A stretch of DNA of 64,000 bases from an uncultured Gammaproteobacteria bacterium (GCA_964550845.1 CAZKAD010000003.1:447-64446); one strand, 5' to 3'. Positions 16,575 to 26,826 are shown, counted from the first letter of the stretch. The notes: generated from the letters alone by a model not told the origin. Numbers and translations: made by a program.

Positions 16575-18950
16575 ATGTCTTTCACTATTGTCACTGGACT
16601 GATAGACATTCGTCGAGGAGAATGGAACAGTTATTTTCGTCGGAGCATCCAAAATTACTTTGCCTCAATGACCAAAGGGGTTCTTCGATACGATCATCCA
16701 ATGATTGTATTCATTGAGCAAGAATATTACCCTCAAGTTGTCGAACTCCGCGAAGAGTTTCCAAATACTCGGATTATTCCGGTTACATTGTCGCAAACTT
16801 ATTTGTATCCACAAAGAGACCGTATCGGACAGATTCAATCTTCTTCGGAATACAAAAGTTTACTGCGAGAAGAAAGCAAAGTTAATCCAGAGCATTGGTG
16901 TCCGGACTATGATATCGTCACAATTCAAAAGGCATGTTGGATGCGAGATGCAATTCGAGAAAATCCTTTTTCAACTGAATACTTCGTCTGGATTGATGGT
17001 GGATATAGCAAAGGAACACTTGGTCTGACCATTCCAGCTACACTTGATTTATCTCCAATTCTTCAAATGATGGATTCGTCAAAAATCTTCTTTCAAGTTC
17101 TCGGAGAATCTCCTCGGAATCCATCCTTATTTCCTCTTGACATGACTCCGCTCGACTATTTCAAGAAGAATGATACTTTTATTTCCGGAGGACTTTATCT
17201 TGCAGGTAAAGCAAGTTTACCAATTTTTGATTATTACATTGAATTGGTTGATAAATGTTTACAACAAAATCTGATTGATGATGACCAGTTTTACTGGTTT
17301 CTCTGTATGAATTGTTCCAGATTTGCTCCATCATTTGTAGCTTATTCAATCGATGGTTGGGGTGAAGTATTTGAATTATTGAAAGCTCTTTCATTACCAG
17401 GTCAAAGAAAAATTTCCTCTTCAGCAGAAGAAAAATTTGTCCAAGTCAGTCAGCCAAGGATTGCAGTTCTTCTCACTGGCAATATTCGATCTTGGAAATA
17501 TATTGATAAGGCTTGGATGAAAAATTTTGATTGCTATGCAATCACCTATCCGAATAAATATATGTATCATCCTTTTATTCAATCTCAAATTGGAACATTT
17601 GATAAGAAGATTGATCCAACAGAAGAACTTCGAGACTTTCCTTTTAAGAAGATTTGTACAGTCTCTCAAGATCGAGATGACGAAATGGAAGCAAAAATGC
17701 ACCCTGAAATGAAAAAGATTTATCATGGTTATTATCAATATCATACTTCTCTCGAAGCTTTCCATCAAATATCAGAATTAAATCATTATGATTTTGTGAT
17801 TCGCACTCGATTTGATTTACAACCTCCTCCTGGATTGTTGGACAATTTATATCGAATCCTTTCAGTGTTTGAACCGACATTGTTACTCAACTCACTTGGG
17901 GATTTCTCCAATAAACCCAATCTTCCAATCCAAACCAATTTGAATGAACTTCAAGGAATTGCGGCGAAATCTATTTTGTATCCTCCTGAAACAGCTGCAT
18001 TCTATACTTACAATCCAAATACTATTCCGTCAGATACAGTTTTTATGGGGCCGCCCGAGATGATAAAGAAGTTGTTAAGTTTTGCAATTTCATCATATTT
18101 TCAACCAAGTTCTGAAAATTGTTGGAAAAATCCTCCTCATGGAATCATTCGTGAATTTATCTTGAAAAATCAAATCACTACACATGTTGCCAATTTTGGA
18201 ACGATTTTCAGACCACTTCCTCTTGAAGATCTTCCACCAAGAAAGGAGACTCTTTCAATTGGATTGCTGATTTCTGGGAATCTTCGGGGAAAATCACTTG
18301 CCTTGCCTCCACAATATCTTTTGACTAAACATCATATTACCGTTTATTTTGCTTCTTGGATTGATGAAGATTTTCTTTATGCTATTCAAGATCTCGAGCG
18401 TCTATCAAAACAAGGAATTGAATACCGTCTGATGTTGTTTCCACGTTCAAGTTCTTCGAGAATTGTTGAAAGTAGTTCCTCTACAAATTATCAGACTTAT
18501 CCCGGAATCTGTGGAGAGAAAACATTCGGCAATGCTTGTTCAATGTGGTATCTGTTTGAACAAGGATTGCAAGCAATTAAAACTTCGGAGCAAAAATGCG
18601 ATTTGATTATTCGCTGGCGTCCAGATTTGATTCTCGATTCGAATTGTATGCTTGATGATGAATTGATGTATCAAAGTGTTGAAAAGAATTGTCTGATGAT
18701 GCCGAAGTGGCATGGAAAATTTGGAGATGTCAATCGGCAAATGATGGATCAACTTTTCTGGGGTCCCGTCGAATTGATGCAAAAACTTTGTCTTTATTCG
18801 AGTCGAAAAGAACATTCCGAACAATCCGAATTTGCCCATACCGGAGAAGGGATGCTTGCGAGAATGATTGAAAAGGAAAAGATTTCCCTCGAACGTTTCC
18901 CAGCTCATTATGGGCTAAGGAGGAATGATCGTGTTGAAAAGATTGTTTGA
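16575..18950 (+). CDS. Large hypothetical protein with three internally repeated modules; possibly carbohydrate-modifying, by its position between the collagen-like genes and a glycosyltransferase
   Basis: 791-aa ORF. The repeated module starts are FTIVTGLIDIRRGEW, IAVLLTGNIRSWKY and IGLLISGNLRGKSL. Function is not established. Confidence 0.7.
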   Translation: MSFTIVTGLIDIRRGEWNSYFRRSIQNYFASMTKGVLRYDHPMIVFIEQEYYPQVVELREEFPNTRIIPVTLSQTYLYPQRDRIGQIQSSSEYKSLLREESKVNPEHWCPDYDIVTIQKACWMRDAIRENPFSTEYFVWIDGGYSKGTLGLTIPATLDLSPILQMMDSSKIFFQVLGESPRNPSLFPLDMTPLDYFKKNDTFISGGLYLAGKASLPIFDYYIELVDKCLQQNLIDDDQFYWFLCMNCSRFAPSFVAYSIDGWGEVFELLKALSLPGQRKISSSAEEKFVQVSQPRIAVLLTGNIRSWKYIDKAWMKNFDCYAITYPNKYMYHPFIQSQIGTFDKKIDPTEELRDFPFKKICTVSQDRDDEMEAKMHPEMKKIYHGYYQYHTSLEAFHQISELNHYDFVIRTRFDLQPPPGLLDNLYRILSVFEPTLLLNSLGDFSNKPNLPIQTNLNELQGIAAKSILYPPETAAFYTYNPNTIPSDTVFMGPPEMIKKLLSFAISSYFQPSSENCWKNPPHGIIREFILKNQITTHVANFGTIFRPLPLEDLPPRKETLSIGLLISGNLRGKSLALPPQYLLTKHHITVYFASWIDEDFLYAIQDLERLSKQGIEYRLMLFPRSSSSRIVESSSSTNYQTYPGICGEKTFGNACSMWYLFEQGLQAIKTSEQKCDLIIRWRPDLILDSNCMLDDELMYQSVEKNCLMMPKWHGKFGDVNRQMMDQLFWGPVELMQKLCLYSSRKEHSEQSEFAHTGEGMLARMIEKEKISLERFPAHYGLRRNDRVEKIV

Positions 18951-18987
18951 ACTTTTTGAACTTTTTGAACTTTTGAAATAAAAAGCA

Positions 18988-19236
18988 ATGAGCGCCCATC
19001 GACGGCGGGAGTGTCCCGAATGCGGAGGTTTATCTGCGACCGAATGCAATCATGAATGTGGGACATTTATTTGCCAAGCCCGCGGATGTTCAAGAATTGG
19101 CGACTCCTTTTACTATGATCCTATGGCGAGACATACTGTTCTTGGACATAATCCAAACTGTAATCAATTGAGTTATGATAGTGATACAGATGAGACTGAA
19201 TATGATCAAGAATCTTCTAACGAAGAAGAATATTAA
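18988..19236 (+). CDS. Small Cys-rich (zinc-binding-like) protein with an acidic tail
   Basis: RECPECGG...CNHECGTFICQARGC (8 Cys) followed by a D/E-rich C-terminus. Confidence 0.45.
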   Translation: MSAHRRRECPECGGLSATECNHECGTFICQARGCSRIGDSFYYDPMARHTVLGHNPNCNQLSYDSDTDETEYDQESSNEEEY

Positions 19237-19259
19237 ACGTTTCTTTTCTTTGTAAAACA

Positions 19260-19595
19260 ATGGAGAAATTTCGTTTGATTGAAAATGAAACTGAAAATGT
19301 GATTGCTCTTTTTGATGCAAGCGATGAAGATGATGCTTGGGCACAACTGTTAAATTCATCTGATTACAATGAGATGGTTCAGGAACTACTTGACGGAGTC
19401 AATCTGAAGTATCAGGCCAAATACGGGAAAAAACCTGATCTGGCTTGTTTTACGAGAAATGCGAATGGGAAAGTTGCCAATCTCGAAAAATGCATTATTC
19501 ATCTCAATGTTGCCTATCAAATGATTGAGGGAGAAGAAAGCGATCATGACGAAAGTGACGATGAAGAACTACAAGAAGAATTCGAAGATTTTTAA
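19260..19595 (+). CDS. Hypothetical acidic protein
   Basis: 111-aa ORF in the same orientation as its neighbours. A hairpin spans the next gene's start (TTCGCTTCCAaaaaTGGAAGCGAA at about 19628..19653). Confidence 0.45.
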   Translation: MEKFRLIENETENVIALFDASDEDDAWAQLLNSSDYNEMVQELLDGVNLKYQAKYGKKPDLACFTRNANGKVANLEKCIIHLNVAYQMIEGEESDHDESDDEELQEEFEDF

Positions 19596-19651
19596 TCGCT
19601 TCCGAAAGGAAAGTTAATCAAAGAGAAATAAAGAATTTTTCGCTTCCAAAA

Positions 19652-19918
19652 ATGGAAGCGAAATTTGTGCTTGTAACAGGAAAGACTGGTCCTCGCGCTG
19701 AGGAAGAGGAATTTAAGATTACTGAAGATGAACTGTCGGCTTATACAATTATTCCGCTCAAGCCAGGATATCGAGTTCAACTATGGTGTAGTCATCTTCA
19801 ATTGACCGCCGAATTCGAAGATGAAGAAGAGTTCGAAGAATTGAAAAATTTTTTGAGTAATTATCCGCACAAAGATCGATTGACTCAAATGAAAGAGAGG
19901 AGGAAGAAGAAAAAATAA
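19652..19918 (+). CDS. Hypothetical small protein
   Basis: 88-aa ORF. A convergent terminator element follows at 19972..19996. Confidence 0.4.
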   Translation: MEAKFVLVTGKTGPRAEEEEFKITEDELSAYTIIPLKPGYRVQLWCSHLQLTAEFEDEEEFEELKNFLSNYPHKDRLTQMKERRKKKK

Positions 19919-19971
19919 ATGCTTAGGCAATTCTCCTCGATTAAACTTCTTTGAGACTTTTCGAATTGATT

Positions 19972-19996
19972 ATACGTCTCTTTAAGACTAGTTAAA
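19972..19996. terminator. Conserved intergenic palindromic element ATACGTCTCtttaAGACTAGTTAAA between convergent genes
   Basis: Direct reading. Located between the stops of 19652..19918 (+) and 20006..22171 (-). Confidence 0.6.
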
Positions 19997-20005
19997 TATA
20001 TCTAT

Positions 20006-22171
20006 TTATGCGCTGAGATAAACCCACCTTGCTCGACTAAACATAAATCGAGCTGTACCAAGACTATCTAAAAGGCTTGCAGTTGGTATTGAAATTACAC
20101 TTCCTCCTGCACCTGCAAGATTGCTCCCGTTTTCAGTCGTCAATGTCAATAAATTACTTCCCCCAGTAATTATTACAATCATCATACCTTCATATGCTAA
20201 AGTTATAGGCAATATCAACGTGTAACCGTTAACTGTATCGACATTTTCAAAGTATGTTCCTATCATACTTCCAACTCCTAGATTGAATGTTCCTCCTCCT
20301 TCCGGAATTAAAACTAATCCGTGTGCCCATGTTTTTAATGCCGGTAAATGATCAACGATTAAAGAACTTCTGTAATAATTACTTCCGGTTCCAAATGATT
20401 TGTCATCTTGATGTAAAATAGTCCATCCAGAAGCACTTGTTACATTCACTCGATTACATCCTATTAAACATAAATTTCTTGAATCTGTGGAAGTGCACCC
20501 TGATGAATAAGCCATGAATACACCAGTAGAACGCAAACAGAAACCCGACGGACTTGACAGAAGCATACAACTATCCGATCCAGAAGCTCTTGATCCAGTT
20601 GCCAGCAAAATAGAAACAAATTTGGATGATAATATATTTGAATCGTGCGCGAATAAGATTGAACAATTAACTGGAGAAGGATTTGTTATTGGGTTTATTG
20701 TCGAAACAGCTTCTGGACGGGCATTTAAATTCATTCTGTTATTTGCACCTCCTACAATTAACGAATATAACCCAGCATGCATTGTCGATCCAGATGATAC
20801 TAAAATACCACAGTTTCTCGGGGGTATTATAGCATTCCAATCAAAATTATTGACTAGAATGCTATCTAGAGTTAGTCTATTACCGAATCCTCCCATGATA
20901 AAAGAATTTGAAGATCCTGACATTAAAGATGAAGGTGAAAATAAAATTGCAGAATTATTGCATCGAGCTGAAACAGTCGCATTATTCGAATGTGCAATTA
21001 AACAGTCAGTCGATCCTGACATAATAGAACTTATCGAGCCAATAGATGTGGCTCTTATTGCATTGGTTACTACAGAACTTTCTCCTCCGATTAAATTGCT
21101 TGTATCCGATCCGTTCATTGTTGTAGATTTTGAGCCGATGTTAGAACTATGAATTGAAGAACCGACTGAGCTAGCATATGCTAATAGATTAATATTTTCA
21201 GAAGAAGTAACTGTATTGAATTCTCCGGCAATCATCGAATATGAAGATTGATTAACAGTATTTTGTAGCCCTGATACCACACTTGAACCAGTTCCTCCGG
21301 TCGTAATTGTTCCGGAAATTCCTCCTAATATCGATCCTATTGAAGCTTGATTAACGGGAGTTCTACCAAAAGAGATTGATTCTGTATTTGATAATAGTCC
21401 TTGAGGTCCAGTGACTCCCGTCGGTCCTAAATTTCCTTGAACTCCTTGAACTCCTTGAACTCCTTGCGGTCCAGTTGGTCCAATTGGGCCTTGAACTCCT
21501 TGAACTCCTTGACTTCCATTCGCTCCCGCGGGTCCAGTTGGACCTGTCACACCCTGAATTCCTTGACTTCCGTTTGCACCTGCAGGACCAGTTGGTCCGG
21601 TTGCACCCGTAGGACCATTCGCTCCCGCGGGACCAGTTGGTCCGGTTGCACCCGTGTTAGTTGAGAATCCATCTGCTCCCTGAGGTCCAGTTGGACCTGT
21701 CGCTCCCGCAGGACCATTCGCTCCCGCAGGACCAGTTGGTCCGGTTGCACCCGTATTGGTAGCCGAGCCTGGAATTCCTTGCAATCCGGTTGGACCTGTA
21801 ACTCCGGCTACTCCTTGAGGTCCTGTTGGTCCTGTCGCTCCTGTGCTTGTAGCAGAGCCTGGAATTCCTTGAGGTCCAGAAGGTCCAGTTGGACCTGTTA
21901 TTCCAATTATTCCCTGAGGTCCAGTTGGTCCGGTTGCTCCTGTGCTTGTAGCCGAGCCTGGAATTCCTTGTGGTCCAGTCGGTCCTAAATTTCCCTGTAC
22001 TCCTTGAATTCCTTGTACTCCTTGTGGACCAGTTGGCCCAATTGGCCCTTCAGGACCCTGAGGACCTGTGGCTCCTGTACTTGTTGCAGAACCGGCAGGC
22101 CCTGTTGGCCCAATGCCAGCGCCGAGAAGAAGTAAAGGAGTATAAGAATTAAGGTTAATAATTCTTGACAT
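20006..22171 (-). CDS. Large collagen-like protein with approx. 250 aa of Gxx/GPT triplets at the N-terminus and a Ser/Thr/Asn-rich beta-rich C-terminal region; fibre-like
   Basis: [49 protein letters not shown]... and so on, followed by an approx. 450-aa S/T/N/G-rich region. Confidence 0.8.
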   Translation of the reverse strand: MSRIINLNSYTPLLLLGAGIGPTGPAGSATSTGATGPQGPEGPIGPTGPQGVQGIQGVQGNLGPTGPQGIPGSATSTGATGPTGPQGIIGITGPTGPSGPQGIPGSATSTGATGPTGPQGVAGVTGPTGLQGIPGSATNTGATGPTGPAGANGPAGATGPTGPQGADGFSTNTGATGPTGPAGANGPTGATGPTGPAGANGSQGIQGVTGPTGPAGANGSQGVQGVQGPIGPTGPQGVQGVQGVQGNLGPTGVTGPQGLLSNTESISFGRTPVNQASIGSILGGISGTITTGGTGSSVVSGLQNTVNQSSYSMIAGEFNTVTSSENINLLAYASSVGSSIHSSNIGSKSTTMNGSDTSNLIGGESSVVTNAIRATSIGSISSIMSGSTDCLIAHSNNATVSARCNNSAILFSPSSLMSGSSNSFIMGGFGNRLTLDSILVNNFDWNAIIPPRNCGILVSSGSTMHAGLYSLIVGGANNRMNLNARPEAVSTINPITNPSPVNCSILFAHDSNILSSKFVSILLATGSRASGSDSCMLLSSPSGFCLRSTGVFMAYSSGCTSTDSRNLCLIGCNRVNVTSASGWTILHQDDKSFGTGSNYYRSSLIVDHLPALKTWAHGLVLIPEGGGTFNLGVGSMIGTYFENVDTVNGYTLILPITLAYEGMMIVIITGGSNLLTLTTENGSNLAGAGGSVISIPTASLLDSLGTARFMFSRARWVYLSA
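21400..22130. repeat. Coding collagen triplet-repeat DNA (GGTCC/AGTTGG periodicity)
   Basis: Direct reading. The periodic 9-nt codon pattern generates the spurious antisense ORFs 21437..21664, 21547..21750 and 21779..21988. Confidence 0.85.
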
Positions 22172-22216
22172 TTTGTCAAAAAATCCTACTTTTTAATAAA
22201 AGTAAGAAAAAAATAA

Positions 22217-23158
22217 TCAATCGAACATAATCTGGTAAAACTTTTTCATTACATTTTCCTCTGAAAAAGCTAAATATGGATTAGCAGTATTAGGAACAGT
22301 ATGCTTTTGCCACAACAATTGTTGCAGTTCTTCAAGATTATGAAACACTTTGATTCGGTCTTGACCAAGTGAAATATGTTCATTATCTTTGGTAATTGTT
22401 GCTGGACAAGTTAGAATAGGTTTATCTTGAATTCCAAATTCGGCAACCGCCAAACCAAATGTTTCTCCTTCTTTTCTGGCGTGAATCATTGCGTCACAAC
22501 CAAGAATATAGTTACCTTTTTCTTCGAGATCAATAATGGTTGGGAGAAAAAGAACTCTTGGGTGAACAATAAATTTATCTGTATTGACAAAGACAAACCA
22601 AAAATCAGGATGGTCGTCAAGATGATCTTGAATTTCCCTCTTGACATAATCAATCGAAAAGGTGTCTTTTCCTCCATGCCGCCCGTAAACATAAGCATCT
22701 ACCGGAATATTCCATTTTTTTCGAAATGCGAGTCTTTTCTGATGATCATTTGGATATTGATGAACAATATGAGGTAACCATTCGGCTTTGTGATCATCTG
22801 CAATTTTCTTTGAGACGCAAGCATATCTTCCATGTGGTTGATAAGCAAAGACCGAGTGAATCAGACATGGAACTTTATCAGTAATCAAATGATCCTTGTT
22901 GCCATATTTAATAATGTAAAGACCATCAATTTCAAATGTTTGTATTTTCTTCTCAACGTCTCTCATGTCAGAAAATTTAACTACTGAATCCCCAAAACGC
23001 TGGGTGAATTTTTTCAATACATCTGGATGTGTCGCATAGTTATAAAAAATCAGCGAGATACCTCCACTCTTTTCATGAGCATCTGCATAATCAAACAAAG
23101 CGACAGTTGTACCTCGTTCACAAAGTTGAACTGAGAGGAAAGCAATGACTTTTTCCAT
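22217..23158 (-). CDS. Glycosyltransferase (GT1/GT4-like C-terminal domain)
   Basis: DAMIHARKEGETFGLAVAEFGIQDKPILTC matches the GT4 E-x7-E motif (EGFGL..LEAMA.G.PVI). Confidence 0.6.
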   Translation of the reverse strand: MEKVIAFLSVQLCERGTTVALFDYADAHEKSGGISLIFYNYATHPDVLKKFTQRFGDSVVKFSDMRDVEKKIQTFEIDGLYIIKYGNKDHLITDKVPCLIHSVFAYQPHGRYACVSKKIADDHKAEWLPHIVHQYPNDHQKRLAFRKKWNIPVDAYVYGRHGGKDTFSIDYVKREIQDHLDDHPDFWFVFVNTDKFIVHPRVLFLPTIIDLEEKGNYILGCDAMIHARKEGETFGLAVAEFGIQDKPILTCPATITKDNEHISLGQDRIKVFHNLEELQQLLWQKHTVPNTANPYLAFSEENVMKKFYQIMFD

Positions 23159-23261
23159 TCCTTTGAAGGAATAGAAACTCTTTTAACCAATTCAAAATGG
23201 CAGTCCTTTATCTTCAAGTAAAAATGATTTTTCTTCTCTTTTTCGAAAAGAAAAATATAAA

Positions 23262-24587
23262 ATGAGTTTTTACATCCTTGACAGAACCTTTCGTCATAAC
23301 TTAATTAAGGCCTCCGAAGAGAAAGATGTGATTCTTCTTTCTGAAGAGAAAGTCAGGAAAAATTGGTCGTCCAATGATCTGCATTTGGTTGACAGCACTG
23401 TCCGAAAAAACAATCAGGCAATAGTTGACAAATCATTTCGTGATTCAAAGACATCAACCGAAGAATATAAGTATACATCATCTCGAATCGAGAATGTGGC
23501 TGGTTCATTTAAAGTTGGTCTTGGAAAGAAACATGTTTACTTTCCAGGTAACTTTATGAAAGAACATTGTGATACCAGAATTTCAGAAAATCACGTTGGT
23601 ACCCTAATTTTGACTGATTCTATTACAGAACTTCGTCTTCATGGAAAGGTTGTGAATGATATTGATCAAAAATGTAAACTCAGCGAAGAAGAATTTAGTA
23701 GTAATCGAACTGGTTTACTCGGATTGGAAAAAGTTTATTCTTTATTCATTCCATTGAATATGCCTCATCAGGTTTTACCTGTTGAAAAGACTCGAGTTTC
23801 ATTTTCTTTTCCTCTCTTCGGCACATTGCATTTAGAAGGAAAAAAAGAAAACAACACATTTGATGAATGGATTCTTGCACAAATTCAGTCAAAAGAATTT
23901 AAGGAATCGTATGCACTCGACCAACAAAAAAGATTGTACGAATTGATTTGTCAAGTTGGTTCTCCGAAACAGATCGATTGGGTAGAGAAATATCTCAATC
24001 TTGATCGACAATGTGAAGTAAGCGAGGAAGCCGAAGGCCCGACCTTTTTGTTTGAAGTTACTTTTGCAGACGGAAAAAAGAAAGTGTTTAATCAAGAAAT
24101 TTCTTTTGGTATTAGCCCTTTAATTTCGAACATACAAGTTTTAGCCGGTACCGCTGCCTTAATTGCACAACTCAAATTGATTCTCGAGGAACGAAAATTG
24201 AACAATGCCAAAGCATTCCAGCTTCCGGAGGAAAAGATTGAACTTCCTTCGATTCCAGAAGGAATGAAGACAAGTGTAATTAAATTTATACTGACTGGAT
24301 ATTATCCATTTCGAGAACTATCTCTTTCGCTACTTACACCTCGAGATCATCAAATCAGAGAGATGTTTGAACATGAAGGCTATGCAGTCTTTTTTTCCTT
24401 GATTAATCAAGGAGATCGAGCTTGGACATTGGATCGAATGACAAATAATTTTGTGATTGCCGATTCAATCGAATATGATATTTTTCACTCGGGATCTGGG
24501 TTCGAATATGGAGATAACCCGGGTACTGATACATATTATTGTATTTCAAAGGGAACCTGGGGCTTTACTTGTCTAAAGACTGTGTAA
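23262..24587 (+). CDS. Hypothetical protein
   Basis: 441-aa ORF with ordinary (non-repetitive) composition. Confidence 0.65.
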   Translation: MSFYILDRTFRHNLIKASEEKDVILLSEEKVRKNWSSNDLHLVDSTVRKNNQAIVDKSFRDSKTSTEEYKYTSSRIENVAGSFKVGLGKKHVYFPGNFMKEHCDTRISENHVGTLILTDSITELRLHGKVVNDIDQKCKLSEEEFSSNRTGLLGLEKVYSLFIPLNMPHQVLPVEKTRVSFSFPLFGTLHLEGKKENNTFDEWILAQIQSKEFKESYALDQQKRLYELICQVGSPKQIDWVEKYLNLDRQCEVSEEAEGPTFLFEVTFADGKKKVFNQEISFGISPLISNIQVLAGTAALIAQLKLILEERKLNNAKAFQLPEEKIELPSIPEGMKTSVIKFILTGYYPFRELSLSLLTPRDHQIREMFEHEGYAVFFSLINQGDRAWTLDRMTNNFVIADSIEYDIFHSGSGFEYGDNPGTDTYYCISKGTWGFTCLKTV

Positions 24588-24625
24588 TTTTTCAAAGCTT
24601 TTCGAAGCTTTGAAAGTTTTTCTAA

Positions 24626-25012
24626 TTACATGGAAGATCCTTTTTCAAAATAATCTTCTCCATAAACTTTACACATTTGCTGATAACGCAAATATTCTTC
24701 ACTCGAAAGTTGAGCTTTTTTCATCTCGACAAAACGATCAAAAAACTTCGACGGACAATCAAGATCTTGAAGCTCTCGATGTTGAAAATCTTGAATTTTT
24801 CCATCTCGAGTACAATGATAACGCATCATATTTGCGTAAAAGAGGATATCAACGCATGATTCTTTTTTCTTTTCTTTTCCAGGCTCTTTTACTTCTGGAG
24901 TTGAGGGGTTGGACGATATCTTAGCCATTGGACGAGGTTGATCTGCTACTAGTTTGGGGATTTCAACAAAGTTTTTTGATGATGATGTTAGTAATGCCAA
25001 TAAATTGAACAT
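24626..25012 (-). CDS. Hypothetical small protein
   Basis: 128-aa ORF. It is preferred over the overlapping + strand ORF 24610..24924 because its composition is more protein-like. Confidence 0.45.
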   Translation of the reverse strand: MFNLLALLTSSSKNFVEIPKLVADQPRPMAKISSNPSTPEVKEPGKEKKKESCVDILFYANMMRYHCTRDGKIQDFQHRELQDLDCPSKFFDRFVEMKKAQLSSEEYLRYQQMCKVYGEDYFEKGSSM

Positions 25013-25100
25013 TTTAATTTTGGGTAAACGTCTTTCAAATTAGTTAAACAAGTAAGGTTCTTTTTAAACAAGCCGATAGGAACAAATCATTTTTTATTCA

Positions 25101-26270
25101 ATGAAGATCATTGGTATTTCAGGTGGTGCCGGAACGGGAAAGGATTTTCTCCTTTCACAATTGTTTATTCCAATGCTGACTCGTGGAAAACCTTACGCAA
25201 TGATGGCTTTTGCCGATCACTTTAAAATGGAATGTATCGTGACAAAAGGATTAGATCGAGCCAAGGTGTTCGGAAGAAAGGATATTGAGACGAGAAAAAT
25301 TCTCCAGATTAAAGGTACAGAAGAAGGGCGGGACATCTACGGAGGTGATTTCTGGGTTCGTATTCTTCGTGAACGAATGATTCAATATCAAGCGAGAGGA
25401 ATCGAATATTTCTTTATTACTGATGTTCGTTTTCCTGAAGAAATTGCATTTGTGCGAAGTCAAGGAGGAGTAGTAATTAAAATTAATGCTCCTGATCGAT
25501 ATCTCGAAGCGATGAGAATTGAAAACGGTAATGATCCGTCGGTAGTTCAACATCGATCTGAAACATCTGTCAAAGAAGAAAAATTCGACTTTACGATTAA
25601 TAATCGATTGACTGATACTGATGTAGCCGATCAAGCTCGAGAAATTGTTTTGATTCTTCGCGAGAGATGGAAATATCAATGCACCGTGTTTTGCGATCTT
25701 GATGACACTCTGGTTGAATGTAATCGTCATTACAAGGAGATTATTGATCAAGTACTTGACAAAATACTGATTGCATATCCTCAGCTTGATCGAAATTTTC
25801 TTCGCTCGAAGTTTCTTGCCGAAGAACATTTAATTGGAGAATTATTCTTCTCTCGAGAAGCTTTTGCAGTCTCTTTGAGTAAATTGGGTCCTCCTGATGC
25901 TCTTGCTTTCACAAGAGAAATTTTCTCTCTTGGAATGAGCGTTCATCAATCTGAGTTTAATCTATTGCCTAGCGCAAGAGAAAATTTATTTACTTTAAAT
26001 AGGAAATTTCATCTCGTGATCACTACAGTTGGAGATCCAGTTGATCAAGTTCGAAAATTGTTTAAAAATGGTCTCTATGGTTTCAAGCTAGAATGCACCA
26101 GCAAAAAAGATGTCGGTTTTTTCCGGAATATGATCGAAAAATATCCATCGAAGCACTATGCTGTAATTGGAGATTCAATTCATGCTGATATTTTACCGGC
26201 AGTCAAAGCTGGTGTTCTTGATATTCATCACATTGAGAATCACAATTTCGGACAACTTCGGTTTGAATAA
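25101..26270 (+). CDS. Fusion of a T4 gp1-like deoxynucleoside monophosphate kinase (N-terminus) and a HAD-superfamily phosphatase (C-terminus)
   Basis: N-terminus MKIIGISGGAGTGKDF (P-loop), compared with T4 dNMP kinase MKLIFLSGVKRSGKDT, plus ITDVRFPEE...GGVVIKINAP. The C-terminus carries HAD motifs I (CDLDDTLV), II (VITTVG), III (K) and IV (GDSIHAD). Confidence 0.65.
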   Translation: MKIIGISGGAGTGKDFLLSQLFIPMLTRGKPYAMMAFADHFKMECIVTKGLDRAKVFGRKDIETRKILQIKGTEEGRDIYGGDFWVRILRERMIQYQARGIEYFFITDVRFPEEIAFVRSQGGVVIKINAPDRYLEAMRIENGNDPSVVQHRSETSVKEEKFDFTINNRLTDTDVADQAREIVLILRERWKYQCTVFCDLDDTLVECNRHYKEIIDQVLDKILIAYPQLDRNFLRSKFLAEEHLIGELFFSREAFAVSLSKLGPPDALAFTREIFSLGMSVHQSEFNLLPSARENLFTLNRKFHLVITTVGDPVDQVRKLFKNGLYGFKLECTSKKDVGFFRNMIEKYPSKHYAVIGDSIHADILPAVKAGVLDIHHIENHNFGQLRFE

Positions 26271-26301
26271 TTGTATGGAAATTTGACTGCAGCGTAAAAA
26301 A

Positions 26302-26826
26302 TTATCTTCTATTCCTCGAAAATGCTCTCTTTTTCATCATCTCCTTGACGAATTTCCTCAAATGTGAGTTATTTTTTGGATCATCTCGAAAACAAGCAAA
26401 TGAAATCCAGCCATTTCCAGTCACGTCGTTTTCTGGATTTGGATCGATTGACAGACAATTCCACTGATCGGGAAAGTCAAAAAATGGATAATAAAAATAA
26501 GTGGTTCCTCCTCCATAGGAATATCGTTTCAATTGGTCAAGTTCTTTAGCGGGGATCTCGATTCCAGTTTCTTCTTTCAATTCGCGTGAGGCAGTTTCAG
26601 CAAGAGATTCTCCTTTCTCTTGTCCACCTTTTGGGAAACCAAGATGTTGATGATAAGTTTCAACTAATAGAAATTTGTCATCTTTAATTGAATGGAGAAT
26701 GACTCCAGCACGAATTCTTCGCTCTTTTTTTGCTCCAATTGGTCTTACATACAACTTTTCTTTCTTTTCAGTCACGAGAGAATACCACACGCATCCACAT
26801 TGTTGATGACGATTGATCGATGACAT
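26302..26826 (-). CDS. Nudix hydrolase
   Basis: Nudix box GFPKGGQEKGESLAETASRELKEETGIEI (G-x5-E-x7-REUxEExGU). Confidence 0.75.
   Translation of the reverse strand: MSSINRHQQCGCVWYSLVTEKKEKLYVRPIGAKKERRIRAGVILHSIKDDKFLLVETYHQHLGFPKGGQEKGESLAETASRELKEETGIEIPAKELDQLKRYSYGGGTTYFYYPFFDFPDQWNCLSIDPNPENDVTGNGWISFACFRDDPKNNSHLRKFVKEMMKKRAFSRNRR

Noticed and set aside
20514-22152. Plus-strand ORFs 20514..21152, 21437..21664, 21779..21988 and 21970..22152 inside the 721-aa collagen-like gene
   Set aside because: Shadow ORFs of the repeat-rich minus-strand gene. The products are Ser/Trp/Cys-rich nonsense.
24610-24924. Plus-strand ORF 24610..24924 (104 aa)
   Set aside because: It overlaps the more protein-like minus-strand ORF 24626..25012, and its hydrophobic, low-complexity product looks spurious.
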